A stretch of DNA of 64,000 bases from an uncultured Mycoplasma sp. (GCA_964616405.1 CAZTRE010000001.1:320-64319), one strand, 5' to 3'. Numbered from the stretch's first letter, positions 40,279 to 50,350 are shown. The notes: generated by a model from the sequence alone, not told the origin. Numbers and translations are program-made.

Positions 40279-41400
40279 ATGGAAAAATTAAAAGTTATGG
40301 TTGTTGTAGGAACAAGACCGGAAATAATAAGATTATCAGAAGTAATTAAAGCTATTGATAAATATTTTAATTTAGTTTTAGTGCATACTGGCCAAAACTA
40401 TGATTATACCCTTAATGATATATTTTTTGAAGAATTTGGTTTAAAGAAACCGGATTATTATTTAGATGCGCCAGGAAAACATTTAGGAGAAACAGTTGGA
40501 AATATTATTTCAAAAACATATGAAGTTATTTCAAAAGAAAAACCAGATGCATTGTTAGTATTAGGTGATACTAATAGTTGTTTAGCTGCATATTCTGCTA
40601 AGCGTTTAAAAGTACCTATATTCCATATGGAAGCAGGAAACAGATGCTTTGACTTTAATGTTCCAGAAGAAATAAATAGAAGAGTAGTTGATCACGTAAG
40701 TGACGTTAATTTAGCGTACACAGAAAATGCTAGACGCTACTTAATAAACGAAGGAATAAAAAATGACTTTTTATATGTGACAGGTTCACCAATGAAAGAA
40801 GTTTTATTTAAAAACATGAAAAGTATTAATAGTTCAACTGCTTTAACAAAACTTGGGTTAGAAAAAAATAAATATTTCGTAGTAAGTGCACATAGAGAAG
40901 AAAATATTGATATTCCTAAAAACTTTGAAAGCTTAATGAACAGTTTAAATAAAGTTGCAGAAAAGTATCAGATGCCTATTATTTTTTCAACCCATCCACG
41001 AACTGCCAAAAGAATTAAAGAAAGTAATATTAAATTAAATCCATTAATAAGAAATCTTGAACCATTAGGATTCTTTGATTATGTTAATTTACAAAAAAAT
41101 GCTTATTGTGTTCTTTCTGATAGTGGAACAATCCCAGAAGAAAGTGACATTTTAAATTTCCCTGGTATCTCAATGAGAACAAGTACAGAAAGACCAGAAG
41201 CACTTGATGCAGGAAGTATCGTTTTAGGTGGAATTAATGAACGCGATATTTTAAATGCCATTGAATTGGCTGTAAACTCTAAAGAGGAAAGAGAAGATAA
41301 TTTAGTAAGAGATTATAAAGATACCAACGTTTCCCTAAAAGTTGTAAAGATTATTCAAAGTTATTATAATATAGTAAATAGTAGAACTTGGAAAAAATAA
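40279..41400 (+). CDS. capG: non-hydrolysing UDP-N-acetylglucosamine 2-epimerase (CapG/FnlC type)
   Basis: VVGTRPEIIRLS, HTGQNYD, LGDTNS, SAHREEN, DSGTIPEES and TERPEA motifs of the WecB/CapG family. It is third in the conserved capEFG order. Confidence 0.85.
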   Translation: MEKLKVMVVVGTRPEIIRLSEVIKAIDKYFNLVLVHTGQNYDYTLNDIFFEEFGLKKPDYYLDAPGKHLGETVGNIISKTYEVISKEKPDALLVLGDTNSCLAAYSAKRLKVPIFHMEAGNRCFDFNVPEEINRRVVDHVSDVNLAYTENARRYLINEGIKNDFLYVTGSPMKEVLFKNMKSINSSTALTKLGLEKNKYFVVSAHREENIDIPKNFESLMNSLNKVAEKYQMPIIFSTHPRTAKRIKESNIKLNPLIRNLEPLGFFDYVNLQKNAYCVLSDSGTIPEESDILNFPGISMRTSTERPEALDAGSIVLGGINERDILNAIELAVNSKEEREDNLVRDYKDTNVSLKVVKIIQSYYNIVNSRTWKK

Positions 41401-41424
41401 TTATTTAATATATGAGGTGTAAGT

Positions 41425-42480
41425 ATGAGAAAATTCATAAAAACATTTTTAAAAAGCTTAGGATTCATAACTTATGAAGAATTAAATAACTTTAATGTTT
41501 CATACAATAACCTATATAAATTATTAGAAAACAAAGTATGTGAAAACAAAGAATATACAGATATTTTGTTATATGAACTAAATTTAGCCAAGGGCAAGAG
41601 AAAAGAAAACTTCAATCCCAAGATTTCAATAATTATTCCAGTTTATAATGGTAGTAATTATTTAGAAGAGGCAATTATTTGTGCATTAAATCAAACCTAT
41701 AAAAACACTGAAATTATTGTTGTTAACGATGGTAGTACAGATGAAGGCAAATGCAAGACTATTGCTAAAAAATATAAAAAACAAATTAAATATTATGAAA
41801 AAGAAAATGGCGGTGTATCATCCGCTTTAAATTATGGAATAAAGAAAATGAAGGGAGAATACTTTTCTTGGTTATCCCATGACGATTTAATAGAACCAAA
41901 CCATATCGAAAAGTTGGTTGAGTATCTATCAATAGAAGGTCACGAAAAACATATTCCATACGCCGCCTTTAAATTTGTTGATGAATTCGGAATATTAAAA
42001 ACAGATGAAACCATACAAGCAAAACTTTATTGCTATGATTATAAGACATCAATTATAAATAATTATTATACTTTATTAAAAGGTGAAATCAATGGTGGGA
42101 GTGTATTAATTCCCAAAAAAGCGTTTGATAAATATGGTTATTTTGATGAAAGTCAAAGAATAACTCAAGAACGTGATATGTGGTCTAGATTAATAAATGA
42201 ATATAAATTTATTTGTATACCATATGCAACAGCTATAATTAGAATGCATTCTAAACGAGTTACCAACACCAATCCGAGAATAAAAATTGAATCAGACGCT
42301 AAGAATCTCGAAATTATTAAATCTCTTTCTGATGATAAAATAAAAGAACTTAGTTTAAATAAAACGTCATTTTATAAAGACTTAAGTTATTACTTTCGAT
42401 TAACCGGCAACATTAAACTAGCAACAGAACTAGAAAAGTTAATGGAAGATAGTATAAAGAAAGGAGAACAAGATGAATAA
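41425..42480 (+). CDS. GT2 family glycosyltransferase with ~65-aa N-terminal extension
   Basis: ISIIIPVYNGSNYLEEAIICALNQTYKNTEIIVVNDGSTD...ENGGVSSALN...WLSHDD. It is a paralogue of the N-domain of the 44057 gene. Confidence 0.8.
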   Translation: MRKFIKTFLKSLGFITYEELNNFNVSYNNLYKLLENKVCENKEYTDILLYELNLAKGKRKENFNPKISIIIPVYNGSNYLEEAIICALNQTYKNTEIIVVNDGSTDEGKCKTIAKKYKKQIKYYEKENGGVSSALNYGIKKMKGEYFSWLSHDDLIEPNHIEKLVEYLSIEGHEKHIPYAAFKFVDEFGILKTDETIQAKLYCYDYKTSIINNYYTLLKGEINGGSVLIPKKAFDKYGYFDESQRITQERDMWSRLINEYKFICIPYATAIIRMHSKRVTNTNPRIKIESDAKNLEIIKSLSDDKIKELSLNKTSFYKDLSYYFRLTGNIKLATELEKLMEDSIKKGEQDE

Positions 42481-44047
42481 AATAAAAGTTTTAGAAGTAA
42501 ATAATATTGATTTGCTTGGTAGACGATTTAATGGTTATGATATGATTCAGGATATTTCGGATGAAAACATTCAGATCAAACAAGCCGTAATAATTAAACT
42601 ATCATCTAACGATAATGTCGTTAAAATTTTAAAGAATCAAAATCAAGAAATAATTCACGCAGTATTTGATAGTATTGAAAAAGAAAATTCAATTCACAAT
42701 ATTTACTCTATAACTACTCCAGCCTTATTAAAACTACCTGAGTATAAAGAGGCAGACATTGTTCATTTTCATATGTTTCATAATACTAAATTATCCATAT
42801 TTAGTTTAATTAAAATTGCCAAAGAGAAAAAAGTAGTTATATCATTACATGATCCATGGTTTTTAACTGGTAGATGTGTCCATTTCTTATCATGCAATAA
42901 CTGGGAAAATGGTTGCAAAAAATGTCCTAATTTACATAGCTTATTTCCTTTTGATAAAGACAATTGCTCACAATTATGGAATCTAAAAAAATATGTTTTT
43001 GATAATATAGATATTGATTTTGTATTTCCGAGTGATTGGATGATTGATCTTGTTCAAAAAAGTCCCATTTTTCAAAAGAAAAAGAATTATTTTAAAATAC
43101 CATTTGGTATTGATGTAAATAAGTTTTCAAAAGAATCATCTGCTACTGCTAGAGCAAAATTAGGAATAACTAAGAACGAAGTGGTATTATTTTTTAGAGC
43201 TCAAAATGAATTTAAAGGAACGCCATATATTATAGAAGCTTTAAAAGAATTAAATACTGATAAGCAGATAACATTACTAACTTGCGACAATAAAGGGTTA
43301 ATAACTGAGTTAGAAGATAAATATAAAATTATTGAACTTGGTAAAATTGATGATGCAGAGATGATTGTGGCAATGAATGCCTGTGACATTTTCTTGATGC
43401 CTTCAATAGGTGAAAGTTTTGGTATGATGGCAATAGAAGCAATGGCCTGTGCCAAACCGGTCATAGTCTTTAATAATTCGGCTTTACCATCTGTAACGCA
43501 TGCTCCTGAATGTGGATATTTAGTAAAAAATTGCGATTCTCATGATTTAATGAAGGCTATTGACGAATTAGTCACAAATCAAAAGGAACGTAAAAGAAGA
43601 GGAAAGCTTGCTAAGAAAATTGCTATTGAAGAGTACTCTTTAGAAAAATATAATCAAAATATAAAAAATATGTATATGAAGGTGATGAAAAGAAAACATC
43701 GCCAGATTAAAAGAAAAACCCCTGAAAGGGACCTAGTAAACGAAAATAATTTTAAGGATTATTTGAATAAATTAAGTATAAGAATCTTTAGTAAAGATAA
43801 AGACATAATAAAAGAATTAACTTATAGTGTAGAAAAAAAATATATCAATAAAAAGCAAAAAATTTATTATGATGATATTAATATTCAAGAAATATTAGAA
43901 GATTATTTGCTTAAACTTGAAAATGCAACAAATAAGGTATCAAAAATAAAAAATAGAAATTTAATTCAAAGAGCTATGTTCTTTTTACTATATGATAGAG
44001 AAATTCTTATAGAAAAAGTATTAAATAGATTTAAAAAGAAAGATTGA
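42473..44047 (+). CDS. GT1(GT4)-type glycosyltransferase with C-terminal extension
   Basis: The GT-B C-domain signature is PSIGESFGMMAIEAMACAKPVIVFNNSALP. It overlaps the preceding gene by 8 nt. Confidence 0.75.
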   Translation: MNKIKVLEVNNIDLLGRRFNGYDMIQDISDENIQIKQAVIIKLSSNDNVVKILKNQNQEIIHAVFDSIEKENSIHNIYSITTPALLKLPEYKEADIVHFHMFHNTKLSIFSLIKIAKEKKVVISLHDPWFLTGRCVHFLSCNNWENGCKKCPNLHSLFPFDKDNCSQLWNLKKYVFDNIDIDFVFPSDWMIDLVQKSPIFQKKKNYFKIPFGIDVNKFSKESSATARAKLGITKNEVVLFFRAQNEFKGTPYIIEALKELNTDKQITLLTCDNKGLITELEDKYKIIELGKIDDAEMIVAMNACDIFLMPSIGESFGMMAIEAMACAKPVIVFNNSALPSVTHAPECGYLVKNCDSHDLMKAIDELVTNQKERKRRGKLAKKIAIEEYSLEKYNQNIKNMYMKVMKRKHRQIKRKTPERDLVNENNFKDYLNKLSIRIFSKDKDIIKELTYSVEKKYINKKQKIYYDDINIQEILEDYLLKLENATNKVSKIKNRNLIQRAMFFLLYDREILIEKVLNRFKKKD

Positions 44048-44056
44048 GGAATAGAT

Positions 44057-45637
44057 ATGAGTAAAAAAGTAACTTTAGTAATACCAGTATATAATGGTTC
44101 GAATTATTTAAAAGATGCAATAGACAGCGCTTTAGCCCAAACATATAAAAATTTAGAAATATTAGTAGTTAATGATGGTAGTAAAGATGACGGAAAAACA
44201 AGAGATATTGCTTTATCATATGGCGATAAAATCAAATATTATGAAAAAGAAAATGGTGGGGTATCAACAGCATTAAATTTAGCAATTCAAGAGATGACGG
44301 GCGATTATTTAAGTTGGTTATCTCATGATGATATGTATTATCCTAATAAAATTGAACGTCAAATGGAAGAAATAAAAAAGTATGATGACAATGTAATATT
44401 ATACTCAAACTTTGATTTAATAAATGAACACGGTGAGAAAACAACAACCGTATATTTAAATCATCAATTACTTACTGAAAAGCCCGACTATGCAGTATTA
44501 AGAAGTGCGATTGGAGGAATAACTCTATTATTACCAAAGAAAGTATTTGAAGACTATGGTGAATTTGATCCAAAACTTAGATGCGTACAAGATTATGATC
44601 TTTGGTTTAGAGTACTAGATAAATATAAATTTGTTCATATGGAAGACGTTCTTGCCATGACAAGACAACATAGTATGCAAGATAGTAACACATCACCACT
44701 TATGTTAGTCGAGGGTAATGCATTTTGGTATCGTATTACAAAAGATTATCCATTGGAAAAGAAGATAAAAGCAGAAGGTAGTGAATTCCTATTTTATAAA
44801 GAGATGGAAAACTATTTACGTGCTACTCCATATAGAAAAGCAACTGAAGATGTAGCCGCATTAGCAACCAAGTGTTATGAAAAAGTAAAAAAGTCATGTA
44901 AAGAAAAAAGTGTAACAGTAGTTATAATTGACAATGGAAATAAACTAGATATAGAAAAAACAATAAAATCTTTGAAAAAGCAAACTATGAAGAATATAAA
45001 AATAATTACTGAAGGAACCACAAAAGTTAATCATATTGATAATACTAAGAGCCGCACTGAAACACTAAAAATGATTTCAACGGATTATCATACTTTCTTA
45101 ACTGCAGGTATTGAAGTAGAAAGTAATTGGCTTCAAGAACAAATTATAAAAGCTACTATAACTAATAAAGCAATAATTATTTCGGATTTAAATAGACCAA
45201 ACAAAAATGAGGTTTCTAATAATCCAGCAACATTATTTGTACCAATTGATGGAATGATTTTTAATTCAAAATTCAATATAAAATATAAAAATATACCGCA
45301 ATATGTATGTGATATGTTTCAAGAGGGTGGTTGCTTTGTAACAGATTCTAATTATCTAATAAGTAGCACGTTAAATTATGATATTGACCAAATGTATGAA
45401 TTGTTCCAGTTACTTCTAGAAAAAAATTTATTAACTACATATCAAAAAGCCTCAATTAGTTATGATTTAACTTGTATTTATAACAAATACACAAAAACAG
45501 ATAAACAAGTATTTTTCTATGAAAGATGTAACGAATTAAAAGAATTAATGTTTTCTAGAAGTTTTAGAATATTAAAAAAATACGTTGATCATAAACATAT
45601 GAAAAAGCAAGAACGTAGAGAAAAAGGAAAAAAATAA
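44057..45637 (+). CDS. two-domain GT2 family glycosyltransferase
   Basis: The N-domain is VTLVIPVYNGSNYLKDAIDSALAQTYKNLEILVVNDGSKD...WLSHDD. A second GT-A-like beginning is at VTVVIIDNGNKLDIEKTIKSLKKQT. Confidence 0.8.
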   Translation: MSKKVTLVIPVYNGSNYLKDAIDSALAQTYKNLEILVVNDGSKDDGKTRDIALSYGDKIKYYEKENGGVSTALNLAIQEMTGDYLSWLSHDDMYYPNKIERQMEEIKKYDDNVILYSNFDLINEHGEKTTTVYLNHQLLTEKPDYAVLRSAIGGITLLLPKKVFEDYGEFDPKLRCVQDYDLWFRVLDKYKFVHMEDVLAMTRQHSMQDSNTSPLMLVEGNAFWYRITKDYPLEKKIKAEGSEFLFYKEMENYLRATPYRKATEDVAALATKCYEKVKKSCKEKSVTVVIIDNGNKLDIEKTIKSLKKQTMKNIKIITEGTTKVNHIDNTKSRTETLKMISTDYHTFLTAGIEVESNWLQEQIIKATITNKAIIISDLNRPNKNEVSNNPATLFVPIDGMIFNSKFNIKYKNIPQYVCDMFQEGGCFVTDSNYLISSTLNYDIDQMYELFQLLLEKNLLTTYQKASISYDLTCIYNKYTKTDKQVFFYERCNELKELMFSRSFRILKKYVDHKHMKKQERREKGKK

Positions 45638-45640
45638 AGT

Positions 45641-46666
45641 CTATACGACCTTATTTTTTTTTAGTAATTTCTTTCTAAGGAAAGTCTGAATAGGTTGTTC
45701 AATAAATTTTCCAACAATAAATGTTAAAATAGGACTAACAATTAAAGCAATTAAGGCAATAATCAATTGACTAGTTCCAAGCTTTATAAGTCTATCTAAC
45801 AAACTACAAAAAACAATTCCGTGAATCAAATAAAATGTATAAGAATATTTATCTAATAAATTAATAGCTGTCAAAAATTTATCTGACAAGTGTAGCTTTT
45901 TTGAATAACCAATAAAGTTTAACGCAATAGTTGAAAAAATAAAGGCATATGCTAATGATAACTTATTAAGTATCAAAAATACCAACGAGGATGTTAAAAG
46001 AATAACAGATGGCTTCTTAAAGTTTTTTTCGTAAACACAAGTATAAATAATAAATCCTAAAAAGAAAAAGTGAATATTTTCTATTATTGTACAAGAATAA
46101 AACAAATTAATTATATGGGTTATGACAAATATAGTTCCCCAAGTTATAGTAGCACTTTTAGTTGAGGTTACTCTTTTCATTATCCAAGGTGCAACTAAAT
46201 AAAAGAAAGCAAATATTGGGATTGTCCAAGTTATACCTAAATTACTCCAAAAATATGTATCACTATTAACAAAACCATTTAATAAGAAAATATACCTAAA
46301 CCATCCCAAGCCGGCTTTATCCGATGGAATAATATTAAAGAAATAATTTAAAATATTTTCACTTATAAAATAATAAATAATTACTAAAAAATATAAAGGC
46401 AAAATGGCAATTGCCCGTTTAATATAATATTCCTTAGTATCTATTTTATCTTTCTTAAAAAATGATAAACAGCAAAGGTAACCACTAATTAAGAAAAACA
46501 GTTGAACACCATAAGCTCCAAAATCAAATAAAGATCTTATGCTTCCTGTTGCATGGATACGCTGCCCAAAATGTACAAAGAATACCATCAAACATGCTGC
46601 CACTCTTAATATCTGTATTGAAACATCTTTCTCTTTTCTTTCTGTAATTTTATTATTTTTTATCAT
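45641..46666 (-). CDS. acyltransferase family 3 (membrane O-acyltransferase)
   Basis: It is 341 aa with about 10 TM helices, an N-terminal RVAACLMVFFVHF motif (track ORF QILRVAACLMVFFVHFGQ) and a GYLC-type region, as in the OatA/WecH-like acyltransferase_3 family. It is the only minus-strand gene in the cluster. Confidence 0.7.
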   Translation of the reverse strand: MIKNNKITERKEKDVSIQILRVAACLMVFFVHFGQRIHATGSIRSLFDFGAYGVQLFFLISGYLCCLSFFKKDKIDTKEYYIKRAIAILPLYFLVIIYYFISENILNYFFNIIPSDKAGLGWFRYIFLLNGFVNSDTYFWSNLGITWTIPIFAFFYLVAPWIMKRVTSTKSATITWGTIFVITHIINLFYSCTIIENIHFFFLGFIIYTCVYEKNFKKPSVILLTSSLVFLILNKLSLAYAFIFSTIALNFIGYSKKLHLSDKFLTAINLLDKYSYTFYLIHGIVFCSLLDRLIKLGTSQLIIALIALIVSPILTFIVGKFIEQPIQTFLRKKLLKKNKVV

Positions 46667-46793
46667 ACTTTTTCACCTTAATAATTGTATTAAATATTAT
46701 AGCACTGACTATTTTTTTATTCAAGCTCGACCTTATATACATAAATCTAACATATCTATGATAATCAAACTTATACCACAAAAAATACTAAAA

Positions 46794-46823
46794 TTGACTA
46801 TATAAATTATTATATGATATAAT
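46794..46823 (+). promoter_or_regulatory. sigma-A type promoter of the tagGH-like exporter genes
   Basis: TTGACT (46794-99), 18-nt spacer, TATAAT (46818-23), preceded by TGa (extended -10). Confidence 0.55.
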
Positions 46824-46859
46824 TTGTAGGAACGAAAGAAAATAAAGTGAGGGAAAATC

Positions 46860-47672
46860 ATGAAGACCATAAAAAATATAATGGCTAATTTTAAAAAGTA
46901 TCAATTCCTAATGAGTCAACTGATATTAAGAGACTTTAAGGTAAAATATAAAAGATCCGTATTAGGAGTAGTTTGGAGTTTGTTATATCCAATTTTAATG
47001 ATGGCGGTAATGGCCGCTGTATTTTCCAATATGTTTAAGTTCCAAGTTGATGGGGTTAGTTATTTAGTTTATTTATTAACAGGAATAATCGTATTCAACT
47101 ATTTTAGTGAAGCAACAAATGCAGCCATGACGTCAGTTGTTTCCAATTTTACACTAATAAATAAAATATACATTCCAAAATACATATTTCCACTAGCAAA
47201 GTGTTTGTTTGTTGGAATTAACTTCTTATTAACACTAATTCCTTGGATATTAATTATAATCCTAACGCAATTTGGATTAGGTAATTATCCTGCATCAATT
47301 AATATTTATTATTTAATTTTACCATTTATATTCTTATGCATATTTATTTTTACAATAGGGGTAGGAGTATTTTTATCTTGTGTATCCGTCTTCTTACGGG
47401 ATGTATTTTATATTTATGGTATTGTCTTAACAATCTGGCAGTATTTTACACCAATTTTCTATAGTATTGAAATAATCCCAGTTAAACTCCAAGTCTTTTT
47501 CCAATTCAATCCACTTTATCAATATCTAACTGCGATAAGGTCGATAGTCTTATATGGAAATTGTCCAAGTGCAGCCAACTTGGTATTGTGTGTTGTATAT
47601 GCGGTAGTTGCTATAACAATTGGATGTGTAGTTTTCAAAAAGAATCAAGATAAATATATCTATTACATATAG
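46860..47672 (+). CDS. tagG: ABC-2 type polysaccharide/teichoic-acid export permease (TagG/Wzm-like)
   Basis: LILRDFKVKYKRSVLGVVWSLL.P is the hallmark N-terminal motif of TagG/Wzm/KpsM permeases. It has six TM helices. Confidence 0.8.
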   Translation: MKTIKNIMANFKKYQFLMSQLILRDFKVKYKRSVLGVVWSLLYPILMMAVMAAVFSNMFKFQVDGVSYLVYLLTGIIVFNYFSEATNAAMTSVVSNFTLINKIYIPKYIFPLAKCLFVGINFLLTLIPWILIIILTQFGLGNYPASINIYYLILPFIFLCIFIFTIGVGVFLSCVSVFLRDVFYIYGIVLTIWQYFTPIFYSIEIIPVKLQVFFQFNPLYQYLTAIRSIVLYGNCPSAANLVLCVVYAVVAITIGCVVFKKNQDKYIYYI

Positions 47673-47687
47673 AAGGAAGGTAAATTT

Positions 47688-48425
47688 ATGATTAAATTAG
47701 AAGGTGTTTCAATGCGCTTTAATCTAGGAATAGAACCAAACTATTCTATTAAAGAAGCATTTATTTCAATATTTGATAAAAAAAGAAGACCTAAAAAAAC
47801 TGAATTTTGGGCTTTGGATAACGTTTCGTTCGAGGTTAATAAGGGTGAAGTAATCGGGCTAATAGGAAGCAATGGAGCAGGTAAAAGTACATTGCTAAAA
47901 GTTGTTAGTGGTGTAATGAAACCTACAAAAGGAAAAGTTACAGTTAATGGTGCAATTTCCCCAATGATTGAATTAGGAGCAGGCTTTGATTTAGAGTTAA
48001 CAGCTAGAGAAAATATATATTTAAATGGCGCTATTTTAGGATACTCCAAGAAGTTTATAGATGAAAAATTTGATGAAATAGTTGAATTTTCAGAACTTAG
48101 AGATTTCCTTGATGCTCCGGTAAAAAACTTCTCATCAGGAATGGTTGCAAAACTAGCTTTTTCTATAGCAACAGTAGTGGATCCAGAAATCTTAATTGTT
48201 GATGAAATTTTATCTGTTGGAGATATCAAATTCCAAGAAAAAAGCAAAAATAAAATGATGGAAATGATTAAAGGAGGAACAACCGTTTTATATGTTTCTC
48301 ATTCACTAGAGTCAATTGAAGATCTGTGTGATAGGGTTGTTTGGCTAGAACACGGAAAAGTAATCAAAATGGGTGCAACGAAAAAAATATGTAAAGAGTA
48401 TTATAAAACACAACTTTCAAAATAA
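47688..48425 (+). CDS. tagH: polysaccharide/teichoic-acid export ATP-binding protein (TagH/Wzt-like, short form)
   Basis: FWALDNVSFEV.KGE, Walker A GSNGAGKST, signature FSSGMVAKLAFS, Walker B ILIVDEILSVGD. Confidence 0.85.
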   Translation: MIKLEGVSMRFNLGIEPNYSIKEAFISIFDKKRRPKKTEFWALDNVSFEVNKGEVIGLIGSNGAGKSTLLKVVSGVMKPTKGKVTVNGAISPMIELGAGFDLELTARENIYLNGAILGYSKKFIDEKFDEIVEFSELRDFLDAPVKNFSSGMVAKLAFSIATVVDPEILIVDEILSVGDIKFQEKSKNKMMEMIKGGTTVLYVSHSLESIEDLCDRVVWLEHGKVIKMGATKKICKEYYKTQLSK

Positions 48426-48456
48426 AATATAGTTTCTTAATCAAACTATATTTTTT
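48425..48456 (+). terminator. intrinsic terminator after tagH-like gene
   Basis: A perfect 11-bp stem AAATATAGTTT (48425-35) / AAACTATATTT (48443-53) running into a T-run. Confidence 0.65.
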
Positions 48457-48585
48457 ACTTGCAATAAATTCACATTTTGATAATAGAAATGTAATATAAT
48501 GATTAATAATCAGCCAAAAAACAACGTCTAGTATTTTTGTAATAAAAGTGCTATACTAAGCATATAACCGAGGAGTTGATTTACC

Positions 48586-49518
48586 ATGAGAAAATGTGTA
48601 ATTATCATGAACCCTGAAAGTGGAAAAAAGAAAAAACTAAAAAATTATAATGATTTCTATGATATCTTAAGAAAATACGGATATGATACAGAAATAATTT
48701 TCACCAAGAAAAAGGGCGATGCAACTGAAATAGTTCAAGCACTAGACAAAGACATTGATTTAGTAATTAGTGCTGGTGGTGACGGAACACTAAATGAAGT
48801 AGTTACCGGTAATATGAAACGAGATAATAAGTTATTAATTGCTAATCTACCAATGGGAACCACAAATGATGTTGGAAATATGTATGGTTATACTAAAAAT
48901 ATTTATAAAAACTTAGAAATGCTTTTAACGGGTAAACCAAAAAAAATTGATGTTTGCTACATTGATGACACTGCTTTTGTTTATGTAGCATGTCTAGGAG
49001 ATTATATCGATATGGCCTATAATACTCCTCGAGAGTTAAAGAAAAAATATGGTAAACTTGCTTATGTAATGTATGGATTAAAACAATTAAGACCTAAAAT
49101 TCATTCTTATCACATAAAATATAAAGTAAACGGCAAAGAACATGAAGGTAAATATTCTTTTATGTTTATTACAAATTCATCACGTGTAGCTGGAGTAAAT
49201 GATATTTATTATGATGTAAAATTAGATGATAATAAATTTGAAGTAGCTTTTGCGGATGTCAATAACTATCGCGATATCATAAAAATGTTTATTATGATGA
49301 ATGCGGTAGAAATACAATATATTCCAGGAATTACTTATTATAAAACAGATGAGTTAGAAATTGAATTCTTAGATTCACCAAAAACATCTTGGTGTATTGA
49401 TGGAGAAGAATATAAAACACCTGCTACTAAATTTAAGTTTAGAGTCGAAAAAAGCATGAAGATGTTGATGCCCAAAGCCAACATAAAAAAATTATTCGAA
49501 GAGGAAAATAAAGATTAA
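48586..49518 (+). CDS. diacylglycerol kinase family lipid kinase (DagK/YegS type)
   Basis: IMNPESGKKK, then AGGDGTLNEVV and PMGTTND, which are DAGK catalytic-domain motifs. Confidence 0.8.
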   Translation: MRKCVIIMNPESGKKKKLKNYNDFYDILRKYGYDTEIIFTKKKGDATEIVQALDKDIDLVISAGGDGTLNEVVTGNMKRDNKLLIANLPMGTTNDVGNMYGYTKNIYKNLEMLLTGKPKKIDVCYIDDTAFVYVACLGDYIDMAYNTPRELKKKYGKLAYVMYGLKQLRPKIHSYHIKYKVNGKEHEGKYSFMFITNSSRVAGVNDIYYDVKLDDNKFEVAFADVNNYRDIIKMFIMMNAVEIQYIPGITYYKTDELEIEFLDSPKTSWCIDGEEYKTPATKFKFRVEKSMKMLMPKANIKKLFEEENKD

Positions 49519-49519
49519 A

Positions 49520-50350
49520 ATGAGTGTTAAAAGTATGAAAAAAGGAAAGATAAAAAATAAAAGAAAGCAGGCGATGAGTTTAAAGGCCAAAGAAACCGTA
49601 GTGGTATACTTTGCTTTAAGATTACTAGTCATTGTTTGTATGGTTGGTCAGGCTGTTCATGCGAATTGGAATAACGTCTTTCTATGTGGATTAACTCTAA
49701 TACTATTTACAATGCCCACTTTAATAACCAATAAATTAAGTATTGAACTACCATCTTTTTTGGAAATAACAGTCTATTTATTTATCTTTGCCGCAGAAAT
49801 ATTAGGAGAAATCCAAAACTTCTATGGAGTTTTTGCTCACTGGGATACTATGTTACATACATTAAATGGCTTCCTATGTGCGGCCGTAGGTTTCTCCTTA
49901 ATTGATATTTTAAATAGAGGGGAAAGATTTGATATTAAATTATCACCAGTATTTTTGTCTTTGGTGGCTTTCTGTTTTTCCATGACAATTGGTGTCCTAT
50001 GGGAATTTTATGAATATGCTGCCGATCGCTATTTATTGCAAGATATGCAAAAAGATAGAGTAGTCCAAGTAATATCATCAGTGGAAATCAATAAAGATAA
50101 AGAAAATGTTCCAGTAGTTCTAAAAGATATAACCAAAACAGATATCTACTATAACAACAATAAGGATAAATTAACCATAGAAGGTGGCTATCTAGAACTA
50201 GGTATTAACGATACAATGAAAGATTTATTCGTTAACTTTATTGGCGCAGTTGTCTTTTCAATATTAGGTTTTCTATATATAAAAAATAGAGATGAATATA
50301 AAATAATAGAAAAGTTTATCCCAAGATTTAAACAAAAATTGAAAGAATAA
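49520..50350 (+). CDS. polytopic membrane protein (possibly YjdF/DUF2238-like)
   Basis: It has about 6 TM helices. HWDTMLHTLNGFLCAAVGF and GVLWEFYEY resemble that family as I recall it. The family call is weak. Confidence 0.5.
   Translation: MSVKSMKKGKIKNKRKQAMSLKAKETVVVYFALRLLVIVCMVGQAVHANWNNVFLCGLTLILFTMPTLITNKLSIELPSFLEITVYLFIFAAEILGEIQNFYGVFAHWDTMLHTLNGFLCAAVGFSLIDILNRGERFDIKLSPVFLSLVAFCFSMTIGVLWEFYEYAADRYLLQDMQKDRVVQVISSVEINKDKENVPVVLKDITKTDIYYNNNKDKLTIEGGYLELGINDTMKDLFVNFIGAVVFSILGFLYIKNRDEYKIIEKFIPRFKQKLKE

Noticed and set aside
46539-46805. 88-aa plus-strand ORF spanning the acyltransferase 5' end and the intergenic region
   Set aside because: It overlaps the acyltransferase start region in antisense, lacks an SD and runs through the tagG promoter. 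No family resemblance was found.
47741-48247. 168-aa minus-strand ORF
   Set aside because: It lies fully inside the tagH-like ATPase gene, whose Walker A, signature and Walker B motifs are intact on the + strand.
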